Source of the DNA: an uncultured Candidatus Rokubacteria bacterium
GTDB taxonomy: Bacteria; Methylomirabilota; Methylomirabilia; Rokubacteriales; CSP1-6
Direction: 5' to 3'
Assembly: GCA_963771355.1 (NCBI GenBank)
Contig: CAVYTA010000006.1
Location: forward strand, 1,248,001-1,312,000
Length of the DNA stretch: 64,000 nt
Below, one piece after another: positions 30,186-39,572 of this stretch. A program made the position numbers and the translations under genes. Each line of letters opens with the position of its first letter. The first letter of the stretch is position 1. The notes under the pieces were generated by a model. It was not told the DNA's origin. It did no database searches and saw only the letters and a program-made list of their open reading frames with translations.

Positions 30186-31886
30186 GTGACGGGGACCCGG
30201 GCCCTCGTCGATCGGCTGACGGCCATCGTCGCGCGGTTCGCCGCCGAGGACGGCAACGAGAAGCTCGGCCTGCTGGACCAACTAGCGAGCTCGCCGATCA
30301 GGTCACCGGCGACTCTCGCGAGGCTCCACGAGGCGCTCTGCTTCCTGCGGGCGTACCCCGACGGCCCCGAGGTCCAGGAGCGGGTGGAGCGCGCGCTGGC
30401 GGCGTTCCCTGCGCGCGTCGCGCGGCTCAGACGGCCGGCCAGGGCGCGGCTCCACGACTCCGGGATCGCGGGCACCAGGCTCGACTACCCGTTCGGCCTT
30501 CCGATGGCGCGCTGGCTCGCGTCGCGCTTCCCGGCCGACGTCGAGGTCGCGTGGCGGCGCTTCGAGGACACCGAGCGGCTGGAGGAGCTGCTTCCCCTCC
30601 TCGTCACCCACCAGGAGAGCGAGGCGTTCAGCGAGGGCGGGCTCCACCCGCGACAGTGGCTCGCGCTGGCCAAGGGCCACCGCTGGCTGAGCGACCTGCG
30701 GACCCTCCTCGAGCTGTTCGAGCGTGCGCCCGTGCCGCTCGCCGCCCGCGACGCGCTTTTCGAGGGCCTGGCGCTGCCGATCGAGTGGCGCCTGCGCGGA
30801 ACGGCGCCGTCCCGCACGCGAGCCGTCCTGCCGGGCGGTCCGCGCTCCATGCACGGGGCGGGGTACGGCGACGGGCTCCGGCGCGGTGGCGTCGACTTCG
30901 CCCGCGAGATCACTCGGCCGCTTCCCCCTCCGCGCCCGGCCGGCCGGGCGCTGAGCCGGTCTCTGATCGATATGGCCCGGGCGTCGATGGCCACCCGGGC
31001 CCGCGAGCTGTACGCCTTCTCGCACCCCAACCCCAACGACGTGCTCGTGGCCGACCCCGGCCGCGGGCTGCGGGTGGCGCTGATCGGCCTGGCGCCGGAG
31101 TTCCGACTGCCGGTCCAGGCGTACTACGCCTTCCTGCTCCTGAAGAACGGCGTCCCCGTGAGCTATGGTGCCGGCTGGGGCATGTGGGGAAGGCTCGAAT
31201 GGGCGCTCAACGTGTTCGAGTCCTTCCGTCAGGGCGAGTCGGCGTTCGTGGCGAGCCAGATCCTGCGCGTCTACTACCACGTCTTCCGCATGCGCGCGGT
31301 GCTCGTGGACCGGTACCAGATCGGCTACGAGAACGAGGAGGCGCTCCGCACGGGTGCCTTTTACTTCTATCGCCGGCTCGGCTTCGGGCCGATCGACCCG
31401 GCGGCGCAGCGTCTGGCCGAGGAAGAGCAGGCGAAGATCGCGCACGACCGGGGATACCGCTCGCCGCCGTCAGTGCTCCGCCGGCTGGCCCAGACCGACC
31501 TGATCCTGCGACTACCGGGTTCCGCGCCCGACCGCGTGACCGCCAGCGCGCTGGCCGCCCTGGTCTCGCGCCGCATCGGACGCGAGTTCGGCGGCGACCG
31601 CCGGGCCGCCCAGCGCGCCGACCGGGCGCGGGTGGCCCGCGCCCTGGGTTCGGCTCTGCCGGCGCGCTGGGCGGCGGAAGAGCGCCGCTGGTTCGAGCGG
31701 CTGACGCCGCTGGTGGCGCTGGTGACCGACCTCGAGCGGTGGCCTCCCAGCGAACGGGCGCGGCTCATGGCCGTGATCCGCGCCAAGGGCGGCCCGAGCG
31801 AGCTCGCGTATCTCAGGAAGCTCGACCGCCACCGGCGGCTCCGGGCTGCCCTCGGCGCGCTCGTGGGCGGAGGCCGGTTGCCTTGA
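30186..31886 (+). CDS. hypothetical protein, possible C-terminal GNAT-like domain
   Basis: Long ORF with ordinary amino-acid composition; FESFRQGES and FYRRLGF motifs; start uncertain (30135 or 30186). Confidence 0.7.
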   Translation: MTGTRALVDRLTAIVARFAAEDGNEKLGLLDQLASSPIRSPATLARLHEALCFLRAYPDGPEVQERVERALAAFPARVARLRRPARARLHDSGIAGTRLDYPFGLPMARWLASRFPADVEVAWRRFEDTERLEELLPLLVTHQESEAFSEGGLHPRQWLALAKGHRWLSDLRTLLELFERAPVPLAARDALFEGLALPIEWRLRGTAPSRTRAVLPGGPRSMHGAGYGDGLRRGGVDFAREITRPLPPPRPAGRALSRSLIDMARASMATRARELYAFSHPNPNDVLVADPGRGLRVALIGLAPEFRLPVQAYYAFLLLKNGVPVSYGAGWGMWGRLEWALNVFESFRQGESAFVASQILRVYYHVFRMRAVLVDRYQIGYENEEALRTGAFYFYRRLGFGPIDPAAQRLAEEEQAKIAHDRGYRSPPSVLRRLAQTDLILRLPGSAPDRVTASALAALVSRRIGREFGGDRRAAQRADRARVARALGSALPARWAAEERRWFERLTPLVALVTDLERWPPSERARLMAVIRAKGGPSELAYLRKLDRHRRLRAALGALVGGGRLP

Positions 31887-32063
31887 CTCTCGTTCCGGGA
31901 GGCGGGTGCGGTGCCCCGTTTCGAACGACGCTGGCGAGAGGTGCGAGCGGCCAAGCGTGTCGGTCTACCCCAGCAGCCACTTACGCGCAAGGTGACGGCG
32001 GGTGCGCCTGAGGCGGATCCCGCTCGGGCCGGCGTCTGCGCCTCGGGGAGTCGGGACCGCTGC

Positions 32064-32294
32064 ATCGGCTGGGGCGTCATCCTCTACGCCGCCGGTCCCC
32101 TCACCCTCGGCCACGTGCTGTACTACAAGGGCGTGAGCGTCGTGGGCGCCGGCCGCGCCGCCATCTTCATGAACCTGATCCCCTTCCTCGTGATCGGGCT
32201 CTCCTGGTTCTTCCTGGGCGAGCGCGTGTACTGGTATCACCTCGTCGGCGCGACCGCAGCCATCGGCGGGGTGGCACTGGCCACCAGCAAATAG
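32064..32294 (+). pseudogene. C-terminal fragment of a DMT/EamA transporter
   Basis: LYYKGVSVVGAGRAAIFMNLIPF..LGERV; no upstream half or proper start. Confidence 0.65.
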
Positions 32295-32415
32295 ATCCCG
32301 CCGCGACGGGACTACCCGGCCTGGACTCCCCGCCTTCTCGCCTTCCCCGCCCTCTTCCCTACCGATTGGTTCCGGGATGGGCCGCGTGCCGCACTCGCGC
32401 GGTAGCCCCGCGCCG

Positions 32416-32431
32416 TGGCAGCGATCTTGCT
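32416..32431 (+). promoter_or_regulatory. sigma54-type promoter
   Basis: TGGCAGCGATCTTGCT (GG-N10-GC) upstream of the SRPBCC gene. Confidence 0.65.
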
Positions 32432-32490
32432 CCCCCAAGCGATGAGCGGACTACCGCGGACGCGGAGAACCGCTGAAAAGGAGAGCGACC

Positions 32491-32955
32491 ATGGCGACGA
32501 TCGAGCAATCCATCGAGGTCGAGGTGCCCGTGCGCGCCGCCTATAACCAGTGGACCCAGTTCGAGGAGTTCCCGCGCTTCATGGAAGGGGTGATCGAGGT
32601 CAAGCAGCTCGATGACACCCACCTCCTCTGGCGCGCGAATGTCGGCGGCAAGGAGAAGGTGTGGCGGGCGCGCATCACCGAGCAGAAGCCGGACGAGCGC
32701 ATCGCCTGGCGGAGCGAGGACGGCGCCCACAACGCGGGCGTGGTGACCTTCCACCGCATCTCGGACGGGAAGACGAAGATCATGCTCCAGCTCGAGTATG
32801 ACCCCGAGGGCGTGGTCGAGAAGGTCGGCGACGCGGTGGGCGTGGTGTCGGCCCGCGTGAAGGGGGACCTGCAGCGCTTCAAGGAGTTCATCGAGGCGCG
32901 CGGCCGCGAGACCGGCGGCTGGCGCGGCTCCGTGCCGGCCGGCAACCGGGCCTGA
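32491..32955 (+). CDS. SRPBCC/polyketide cyclase-dehydrase family protein
   Basis: SIEVEVPVRAAYNQWTQFEEFPRFM, DLQRFKEFIE..ETGGWRG. Confidence 0.92.
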   Translation: MATIEQSIEVEVPVRAAYNQWTQFEEFPRFMEGVIEVKQLDDTHLLWRANVGGKEKVWRARITEQKPDERIAWRSEDGAHNAGVVTFHRISDGKTKIMLQLEYDPEGVVEKVGDAVGVVSARVKGDLQRFKEFIEARGRETGGWRGSVPAGNRA

Positions 32956-33028
32956 TTCGCGGCTGACATCGTGGCGGGGCAGGTGGCCGGAAGGCCGCCT
33001 GCCCTGCTGTGCGTCTTGCTGACCTCCG

Positions 33029-34361
33029 CTAGAAGATGAAGGGCGTGGGCAGCGGCGGGCGCCCGAAGGGGCGTCCCGCCCGCACGGTGAGCACCGGCAC
33101 GAGCTTCTTGGTGCCGCTCCGCTTGTTGTTGCGCGTGTCCACGAACTCCACCGGCCCGTCCACGTAGTCGAAGATCGCCACGTCAGCGGGCGCGCCCACC
33201 TGGAGGGTGCCCAGCCCGGGGACCTTGCCAATGATGCCCGCGGGCACCACGGTGGCCTTGGCCACCACGTCCTCGAGCGGCATCCCGAGGGCGAGGAACT
33301 TCGACATGACCCAGGGGAGCGTGGGATAGCCGGGTGTGTTGATGCTCACCGAGTGGATGTCGCTGGAGATCGTGTCGGGCACCATCCCCTGCTGCATGGC
33401 GGGCTCGCAGACGGTGAAGTCGAAGCTCCCGCCGCCATGCCCCACGTCGATGACCACGCCACGTTGCTTCGCCGCTCGGGCCGCCGGAAGGAGCTGGCCG
33501 TTCTGCACCGTGTTGTTCCCTGCCCCGCTATAGGCGTGGGTGAGGACATCGCCCGGGCGCAGGAGATCGAGGAGGTCCGAGAGATTGCCCGGCGCCGAGC
33601 CGATATGGCACATGACGCGCGCCCACTTCCCCGCCATCTCGGCGGCGCGGAGGGCGCGGCGCAGGGGCTCGAGCCCGTTCTGGCCGACCACGGAGTCGGT
33701 GATGCGCACCTTGACGCCGAGCACCAGGTCGGGGTTCTCCGCCACCGCCTTGGCGGCGCCCTCCACGTTGGCGTAGTCGATATTGAGCATCTCGCCGGGG
33801 GCAAGCCCACCCGCCAGGCCGATGCTCGCAATGTGGACGAAGCCGAAGAGGCGGGTGCGCGACTGGGCCACCGCGAGGTGCTTGAAGGCGCCGAAGGTGT
33901 GCCAGCCGCAATCGCCGGCGGATACCGCGGTGGTGGTGGCGGTGATGGGCACCAGCTCGTCGGCGGGCAGCCCCAGGCCCAAGTGCGGCACGAGATGGGT
34001 ATGCAGATCCACCAGGCCGGGTGTCACGAGCTTCCCCGTCGCATCGATCCGCTGCACGCTCCGGACGGGGGCAATGCTGGGCGCGAGCCCGGCGATCTGG
34101 CCGAACCGGATGCCGACGTCCAGGCGGCCGCGGAGGCGCTGGCTGGGGTCCAGCACCTCGCCCCCCGCGATGACGAGGTCGTACTTGAGCGCGGGATCTG
34201 CGGGATTGAAGCCGCGTGGGCGCGGGGGTCATGGCCTGGGCGAGCTGCATCGGGCGTTCTCCCTTGGCGGCCTCGGCGGCGGTGCCGGCAAGCGAAGCCC
34301 CGGCGGCGGCGCCCGCAGCGGCAGAAGTGGAACGGATGAAGTCGCGGCGGGAAAGATCCAT
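33029..34361 (-). CDS. Tat-exported dihydroorotase-like amidohydrolase/deacetylase, frameshifted near 34218-34230
   Basis: N-terminal MDLSRRDFIRS (Tat signal) in one frame; KYDLVIAGG..PGLVDLHTH..GVKVR..ISSDIH in another. Confidence 0.8.
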
Positions 34362-34370
34362 GGCAACCAC

Positions 34371-34448
34371 CTCGTCGGTGAGGGGCTCGTCGGTGAGGGG
34401 CTCGTCGGTGGCAGGGCTCGCCGGTGAGGAGCCTCGTCGGTGAGAGGG
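34371..34448. repeat. five-copy tandem repeat of 15-16 bp (CTCGTCGGTGAGGGG consensus)
   Basis: Units start at 34371, 34386, 34401, 34417 and 34433. Confidence 0.85.
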
Positions 34449-34455
34449 CGAACGG

Positions 34456-34956
34456 TCAGCGCCGGGGCGCGACCTTGGCTGGCTTGGCGGGCTTGGCCTT
34501 GTCGCCTTCCTTGATGAGCCCCTTCACCTCGTCCATGAACTGCGAGATGTCCTTGAACTGGCGGTAGACGGAGGCGAAGCGCACGTAGGCGACCTGGTCG
34601 AGCTTCTGGAGATGCTCCATCACCACCTCGCCCAGCTCCTTGGAGGTGATCTCCTTCTCGGCCCGCTCGTGTAGCTTGGTCTCGATCTCGGCCACCACGT
34701 CGTCCACCGCCTGCACGCCCACCGAGCGCTTCTCGCACGCCTTGAGGATGGACCCGCGGAGCTTCTGCCGGTCGAAGGGCTCGCGCCGGTTGTCACGCTT
34801 GACCACGTGCGGGAGCACGTCCTCGATGTACTCGTAGGTCGTGTAGCGGCGGTGGCACTTGAGGCACTCGCGGCGGCGGCGGATGAACTCCCCGTCGCGC
34901 CCCACGCGGGAGTCCACCACGCGGTCTTCGGTGTGGCCGCAGAAGGGACATTTCAT
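34456..34956 (-). CDS. nrdR: transcriptional repressor NrdR
   Basis: [25 protein letters not shown] cone, [10 protein letters not shown]. Confidence 0.97.
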   Translation of the reverse strand: MKCPFCGHTEDRVVDSRVGRDGEFIRRRRECLKCHRRYTTYEYIEDVLPHVVKRDNRREPFDRQKLRGSILKACEKRSVGVQAVDDVVAEIETKLHERAEKEITSKELGEVVMEHLQKLDQVAYVRFASVYRQFKDISQFMDEVKGLIKEGDKAKPAKPAKVAPRR

Positions 34957-36206
34957 GGGCGGAGCCGCTCCGGGTAGAGGGGGAACCGCGACGTGAGCTC
35001 CTGCACCTCCGCGCGCACGGCGGCCTCGGTGGCGGCATCGCCGAGCTTGCTGAGAACGCGGTCGATGACTTCCGCGATCTGCGCCATCTCGGCCTCCTTC
35101 ATGCCACGCGTGGTGACGGCGGGGGTGCCGAGGCGGATCCCGCTCGTGACCATGGGCCCCCTGGTGTCGAAGGGAATGCCGTTCTTGTTCGTGGTGATCC
35201 AGGCACGATCGAGCGCCTCCTGCGCGTCCTTGCCGGTGACGCCCCGGGGCGTGAGGTCCACGAGGAGGAGATGGGTGTCGGTGCCGCCCGAGACCAGGCG
35301 GAAGCCGCGCGCGAGCATGGCCTCGGCCAGGGCCTTGGCGTTCTTGACGATCTGGCCCTGATAGGCGCGCCAGGCCGGCGTCTGCGCCTCGCGGAAGGCC
35401 ACCGCCTTGGCCGCGATCACGTGCATGAGCGGCCCGCCCTGGATGCCGGGCAGCACCACGCGGTCGAGGTCCTTGGCATGCGCGGCGCGGCACATCACCA
35501 TGCCGCCGCGGGGACCGCGCAGGGTCTTGTGCGTGGTGGTGGTCACGAAGTCCGCATAGGGCACCGGCGAGGGGTGCAGCCCCGCCGCCACCAGACCGGC
35601 GGGGTGCGCGATGTCGGCCATGAAGGCCGCGCCCACCTCGTCGGCGATCTCGCGGAAGGGCTTGAACTCGATGGCGCGCGGGAAGGCCGAGCCGCCGGCG
35701 ATGATGAGCTTGGGCCGGTGCTGCCGCGCGAGGTCGCGCACCTGGTCCATGTCGATGCGCTCGGTGTCCTTCCGGACCCCGTAGGGGACGATCGTGTAGA
35801 GCTTGCCCGAGAAGTTCATCGGGCTCCCCGCCGTCAGGTGGCCGCCGTGGGAGAGATTCGGGCCCAGTACGGTGTCGCCCGGCTTGAGCAGGGTGAGATA
35901 CACCGCCATGTTCGCCTGCGAGCCCGAGTGCGGCTGCACGTTGACGTGCTCGGCCCCGAAGAGCTCCTTGCCGCGGGCGATGGCCAGCTCCTCGGCGATG
36001 TCCACCATCTCGCAGCCGCCGTAGTAGCGCTTGCCCGGATAGCCCTCGGCGTACTTGTTGGTGAGGACGGAGCCCACCGCTTCCAGCACCGCTTCGGAGA
36101 CGAAGTTCTCGGAGGCGATCAGCTCGAGGTTGCGGGCCTGCCGCTCGGTCTCGCCGCGGATCGCCTTGGCGATCTCGGGGTCCACCTGCTCGAGATGGCC
36201 GGGCAT
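34953..36206 (-). CDS. glyA: serine hydroxymethyltransferase
   Basis: [36 protein letters not shown]. Confidence 0.98.
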   Translation of the reverse strand: MPGHLEQVDPEIAKAIRGETERQARNLELIASENFVSEAVLEAVGSVLTNKYAEGYPGKRYYGGCEMVDIAEELAIARGKELFGAEHVNVQPHSGSQANMAVYLTLLKPGDTVLGPNLSHGGHLTAGSPMNFSGKLYTIVPYGVRKDTERIDMDQVRDLARQHRPKLIIAGGSAFPRAIEFKPFREIADEVGAAFMADIAHPAGLVAAGLHPSPVPYADFVTTTTHKTLRGPRGGMVMCRAAHAKDLDRVVLPGIQGGPLMHVIAAKAVAFREAQTPAWRAYQGQIVKNAKALAEAMLARGFRLVSGGTDTHLLLVDLTPRGVTGKDAQEALDRAWITTNKNGIPFDTRGPMVTSGIRLGTPAVTTRGMKEAEMAQIAEVIDRVLSKLGDAATEAAVRAEVQELTSRFPLYPERLRP

Positions 36207-36214
36207 GGCGCGCC

Positions 36215-36679
36215 CTAGCGGCAGCCGTCCGCGTGGAGGCGCTGCTCCAGCGCGGTGATCTTCCCCACCCGGCGCGCGTGCCGGTCGCCCGCGAAGGTGG
36301 AGTCGAGCCAGATCTGGAGGATCTCGCGCGCGAGGTCCCGGCCGGTGAGGCGCGCGCCCAGGCAGAGCACGTTCACGTCGTTGTGCTCGCGGCTCACCCG
36401 CGCGGTGAAGGTGTCGCCGCAGACCGCGGCCCGCACGCCCGGCATCTTGTTGGCGGCGATGGCCATGCCGATGCCGGTGCCGCAAACCAGCACGCCATGG
36501 TCCACCTTGCCCACCGCCACCGCCTCCGCGACCTGGGCCGCGTAGTCGGGATAGTCGACGGAGTCGGGGGCGTGCGTGCCGAAGTCGAGCACCTGATGAC
36601 CCTGGTCGATGAGCCAGGCCTTGAGCGCTTCCTTGAGCTCCCAGCCGGCGTGATCGGCGCCCAGCGCCACGGCCACCAT
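36215..36679 (-). CDS. rpiB: ribose 5-phosphate isomerase B
   Basis: GADHAG, DYPD, CGTGIG, HNDVNVL, RHARRV; ATG at 36679 preferred because the GTG at 36688 overlaps the -10 box. Confidence 0.95.
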   Translation of the reverse strand: MVAVALGADHAGWELKEALKAWLIDQGHQVLDFGTHAPDSVDYPDYAAQVAEAVAVGKVDHGVLVCGTGIGMAIAANKMPGVRAAVCGDTFTARVSREHNDVNVLCLGARLTGRDLAREILQIWLDSTFAGDRHARRVGKITALEQRLHADGCR

Positions 36680-36686
36680 GGCGGCC

Positions 36687-36716
36687 ACCTTACGCTCCGT
36701 CGGGGTGTAGTGTCAA
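36687..36716 (-). promoter_or_regulatory. sigma70 promoter (leaderless rpiB-glyA-nrdR transcript)
   Basis: TTGACA-18 nt-TAAGGT, 7 nt before ATG. Confidence 0.6.
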
Positions 36717-36723
36717 GGAGCCG

Positions 36724-38103
36724 CTAGATATGGTGTTTCCGGTCCTCTTCGGTGCCGTCGAGCACGGACTCGGGCACGAGGCGCACGAGGGCCTCGAACT
36801 CTTCGGCGAGGCCGCGGCGCCGTGCCACGAGGAAGGGGCGAAGGTCGCGCCGGGTGAGCAAGTGCACGAGGGCGCGAGTCTCGCGGGCGACGCGCGCGAG
36901 GCGTTCCTTCCAGCCCAGCGCGAGCAGTCCCGAGGGAACCAGGGCGATCAGAAAGAAGCCAAGCAGCGGCCACCCGCCCAGGCGCCACGCCAGCCAGCCC
37001 TCGGCGACCCAGCAGAGCGGGAACACCACCATCCCCAGGACGAGCTTGTAAGTAGCCTCCGCGTCGCCGTCCGGCTGCGCCAGCCGGACCAGCCAGCCGT
37101 TGATGCGGTAGGGGACCGAGTGGACCGCGAGCCCCCAGAGCGCTCCCGGGAGGCCGAGCAGGAGGGCCAGCGATTGGCGGAGCGCGTAGCGCAGGGCCGC
37201 CGCGCGCGAGGGCGGCGCGTTGAGCCGGCGCTCGCCGAGCCCGCTCCGCTGGCGCAGCGCCGCGTAGTGAGCCACCTCCCGGCGCAGCGCCTCGATCCGC
37301 TCGGGCTCGCGCGCCCGGAGCCAGCGATAGGCGCGCACCGCCCGCCGGCGCCACTCCGCGCTCGCCTCGGCGTCCGCCGCGGGGACACCCGCCTCCGCGC
37401 GCCAGATCGATTCCGCGAGGTGGAGCAGCCGGAGCGTGTCGCGGTCGCCCGCCTCGACGATGAGGGCGCCGAGCGCGTCCTCCAGCCGCTCCGTGAGGGC
37501 GCGCACTGTCGCCTCCGGCTCCGCCGCGTAGCGGGCGGGCGCCTCCCCGAGCCGCAGGGGCTCGCCGACCAGCACGTGCGCCCAGCCGCTGCGAAAGGTG
37601 CCGGGCTCGTTGAAGAGGAGCCCGACCGGTAGGACGGTGGTGTCGAGGGGGCGGCCGAGCGCCGCCTCTGCGCCGAGCAGGAGCCGCGCGGCGCCGGAGC
37701 GAAGGGGCTGGAGCGTCGGCTCGGGCTGGCTCTTGCCCTCGGGAAAGATGAGGATGGCCCCACCCTCCGCCAGCGTGCGGCCCGCCGTCTCGAACATGCG
37801 CGTGTTCTCCACCGTGGTGGTGCCGGTGTCCTGGCGCCGGACGACGGGGATGGCGCCCAGCAGGCGGAGAAAGGGCCCGATCAGCGGATTGGAGAAGAGC
37901 GGGGCCTTGACGAGCGGCCGGAGCCGGCGAGGCATGACCGCCAGGAGCAGCATGCCGTCCACCAGCGCGTTCTGGTGATTGGCGAGGACGAGCAACGGAC
38001 CGTCGGGCGGAATGCGCTCCGCGCCCACCACTTCTACCCGGCGATAGAACAATCTGAGGAGCGCGCGCGAGAGCGCCCGGACCAGCCGATACCCCAGCGG
38101 CAT
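36724..38103 (-). CDS. lysophospholipid/glycerol-3-phosphate acyltransferase family membrane protein
   Basis: NHQNALVD (HxxxxD), IFPEG, C-terminal TM helices. Confidence 0.88.
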   Translation of the reverse strand: MPLGYRLVRALSRALLRLFYRRVEVVGAERIPPDGPLLVLANHQNALVDGMLLLAVMPRRLRPLVKAPLFSNPLIGPFLRLLGAIPVVRRQDTGTTTVENTRMFETAGRTLAEGGAILIFPEGKSQPEPTLQPLRSGAARLLLGAEAALGRPLDTTVLPVGLLFNEPGTFRSGWAHVLVGEPLRLGEAPARYAAEPEATVRALTERLEDALGALIVEAGDRDTLRLLHLAESIWRAEAGVPAADAEASAEWRRRAVRAYRWLRAREPERIEALRREVAHYAALRQRSGLGERRLNAPPSRAAALRYALRQSLALLLGLPGALWGLAVHSVPYRINGWLVRLAQPDGDAEATYKLVLGMVVFPLCWVAEGWLAWRLGGWPLLGFFLIALVPSGLLALGWKERLARVARETRALVHLLTRRDLRPFLVARRRGLAEEFEALVRLVPESVLDGTEEDRKHHI

Positions 38104-38133
38104 GTCCCCGCGTCTCCCGAAGGTGTCAGACCG

Positions 38134-38217
38134 TTACCCGCTGGCCGTCGCGCGCAGGAGATGCCGGGAGCCGGTGACGGTGCCGGCGGCGCCCAGAAAG
38201 CTCAGGTCGACGCTCAC
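38134..38217 (-). pseudogene. N-terminal remnant of a beta-CASP/MBL-fold RNase
   Basis: VSVDLSFLGAAGTVTGSRHLL then stop after 27 codons; start overlaps the thiI stop. Confidence 0.6.
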
Positions 38218-39434
38218 CGGCGGCCGGCGCCCCCGCGCGCGGCGGCGGAGGGGGGTCGCATGGGGCCCGCCCCCGGGGGCGAGTCGAAGGTCTCGAGCTC
38301 GGCGCCCGTCACCCCCATCGCCACCAGGCCGGCGACGTCCAGGCGGCTCTCCACCGCGTCGATCTCCTCGCGGCTGGCGCGGGTGCCGGGGTTCTTCGGC
38401 ACGAAGAGCGTGCAGCAGTCGGCATCCGGCTCGATGGAGATCCCGAAAGTGCCGATGGCCTCGGCCTGGGCGGTGATCTCGAGCTTGTCCATGCCGATGA
38501 GCGGCCGCAGCACCGGGAGGTCGGCCACCTCGTCCACGCGGGCGAGGTTGTGCAGCGTCTGCGAGGCCACCTGCCCCACGCTCTCGCCGGTGACCAGCGC
38601 CAGCGCGCCGCTGCTCCGCCCGATGACTTCCGCGATGCGGAGCATCAGGCGCCGGTAGACCACCACGCGCAGCGGCCCCGGCACCGCCAGCACCACCGCG
38701 CGCTGGATCTCGCCGAAGGGCACCAGGTAGAGGCGGGACACGTACTGCCACGCGGTGAGCCGCTCCACCAGGGCGCGCGCCTTGCCCCGCGAGATGTCGG
38801 GCAGGTACGGCACGCTGTGGAAGTGCACGAAGGTCACGCGACAGCCCCGCTTCATCAGCCGCCACGCCGCCACCGGGGAGTCGATGCCGCCGGAGAGCAG
38901 CGCCGCCACCATGCCGCTGGAGCCCACCGGGAGGCCGCCGGGGCCCGGCCGGCGGTCGCCGTAGACGAAAGCCTGGCCCGGCAGCACCTCGACGTGGACG
39001 TTCAGCTCGGGATGCTCGAGGCTCACCCGCGCGGGATGCCGGGCGAGCACGTGGGCGCCCAGCTCGCGATTCATCTCCAGCGAGGAGAGCGGCGAGGTCT
39101 TGAAGGCCCGCCGCGCGGTGATGCGGAAGGACTCGAAGCGCCGGCCCTCGGTGGCGCGATCCACCGCCCGCTTCAGCGCGTCCATGTCGGGGGAGGTGCG
39201 CTCGGCGAGGGCGAAGTTGGCCACCCCGAACACGCGGCCGATCCGGTCGGCGATGGCGCCGGCGTCGAGATCGCCGTCGAGGCGCAGCACGATGCGGCCC
39301 GGTAGCTGCTCCACGCGCGCGGGGCCGAGGTCGCCGACGGCGCGCAAGAGATTCTCCTGGAGCCGGCGCAGGAAGACCGGCCGGTTGCCGCGCTTGAGGC
39401 TGATCTCGTGGTAGTGCACGACCACGGTGTGCAT
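38214..39434 (-). CDS. thiI: tRNA 4-thiouridine synthase ThiI
   Basis: YHEISLKRGNR, THUMP domain, LLSGGIDSPVA, GQVASQT, DCC. Confidence 0.95.
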   Translation of the reverse strand: MHTVVVHYHEISLKRGNRPVFLRRLQENLLRAVGDLGPARVEQLPGRIVLRLDGDLDAGAIADRIGRVFGVANFALAERTSPDMDALKRAVDRATEGRRFESFRITARRAFKTSPLSSLEMNRELGAHVLARHPARVSLEHPELNVHVEVLPGQAFVYGDRRPGPGGLPVGSSGMVAALLSGGIDSPVAAWRLMKRGCRVTFVHFHSVPYLPDISRGKARALVERLTAWQYVSRLYLVPFGEIQRAVVLAVPGPLRVVVYRRLMLRIAEVIGRSSGALALVTGESVGQVASQTLHNLARVDEVADLPVLRPLIGMDKLEITAQAEAIGTFGISIEPDADCCTLFVPKNPGTRASREEIDAVESRLDVAGLVAMGVTGAELETFDSPPGAGPMRPPSAAARGGAGRR

Positions 39435-39565
39435 CACGCGCTCTCGCCGGCTCGGGGGTGCTTGGGCCGGCGCCGGTATACGGTCTTGGGCACCTCGACC
39501 TTGGGGGGCTTGCGGGGCATCGGCTTGCGCACGCGCGCGTGGAGCGGCTTCTTCTTCTTCGGCAT
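39434..39565 (-). CDS. 43-aa basic microprotein with ArfA-like Y-x-R-x-x-K-H motif
   Basis: MPKKKKPLHARVRKPMPRKPPKVEVPKTVYRRRPKHPRAGESA*; fills the gap, TGATG-coupled to thiI. Confidence 0.65.
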   Translation of the reverse strand: MPKKKKPLHARVRKPMPRKPPKVEVPKTVYRRRPKHPRAGESA

Positions 39566-39572
39566 GTCCCCG

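Noticed and set aside
34371..34448. Possible mini-CRISPR array
   Set aside because: Units are 15-16 bp and abut each other with no unique spacers, and no cas genes are in the window.
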